Made by a program: the position numbers and the translations under genes. A stretch of 64,000 nucleotides of DNA, from assembly GCA_017962315.1 (NCBI GenBank), contig JAGCVN010000118.1:492-64491 (forward strand), read 5' to 3'. The stretch comes from Kiritimatiellia bacterium (GTDB lineage Bacteria > Verrucomicrobiota > Kiritimatiellia > RFP12 > UBA1067). Below, piece after piece: positions 63,859 through 64,000 of this stretch. Each line of letters begins with the position of its first letter. The first letter of the stretch is position 1. The notes under the pieces are model-generated. The model ran no database searches. It was not told where the DNA came from and saw only the letters and a list, made by a program, of their open reading frames with translations.

Positions 63859-64000
63859 TCATGCCTTATGAAGAAGATTCGGCGATTCCTTCCCCGGATC
63901 TTTCTGGAACAGGTTTTCCAGCTCGTCGAGGGTCTTGCCCTTCGTCTCGGGAATGAAGCAGACGGTGATGAAATAAAGGACACCGTTCACGGCGAAGAAG
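63859..64000 (-). CDS. C-terminal end of an MFS sugar-porter-type transporter (5' part beyond the window)
   Basis: Manual translation gives FFAVNGVLYFITVCFIPETKGKTLDELENLFQK..., the typical sugar-porter C-terminus PETKGKTLEE. The stop lies at 63859-63861. Confidence 0.6.
   Translation of the reverse strand, partial: FFAVNGVLYFITVCFIPETKGKTLDELENLFQKDPGKESPNLLHKA

Overview
High-GC bacterial chromosomal window with dense coding on both strands and about 55 protein genes. I saw no rRNA, tRNA, CRISPR array, integrase or classical IS transposase. The gene content suggests a PVC-group-like polysaccharide degrader, but this is a low-confidence inference. It rests on a secreted GH127, a TAT-signal Gfo/Idh/MocA paired with a xylose-isomerase-like TIM barrel, uxaC, and BatA/DUF58.

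Recognised backbone genes: aroQ, a PfkB kinase, uxaC, cysK, clpB, lysS, a DEAD-box helicase, lutB/A-lutC, a P-type ATPase, murE, glgP, rnfA-rnfB-rnfC, infA, pyrE and opp-type ABC components. Many long ORFs in the track are antisense artefacts of the high GC and are rejected below.

Four accessory regions stand out:
1. About 3.56-9.7 kb is a visibly lower-GC island. On the plus strand it carries an AAA_21-type ATPase, a DUF4417-like protein and two translationally coupled small ORFs. These converge on a minus-strand EcoRI-like adenine methyltransferase that overlaps a DUF262-HNH nuclease.
2. 18.7-22.5 kb is a tightly coupled JAB / E2 / 64-aa ORF / E1 / 72-aa ORF operon with no recognisable beta-grasp ubiquitin-like protein. 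Three tiny ORFs share a Y-x-[DP]-x-T-G-E-F motif, and one of them lies 9 nt upstream of clpB. I consider this the best candidate for an undescribed system.
3. 31.1-36.1 kb is a lower-GC operon of a coiled-coil protein plus two dynamin-like GTPases (Eleos/Leo-like), flanked by repeat elements.
4. 57.4-58.5 kb is an HUH/Y1 (RAYT-like) gene with a 30-nt tandem array of REP-like palindromes. It sits where rnfD-G-E would be expected after rnfABC.

Several short repeat families recur in the non-coding DNA at the edges of these clusters.
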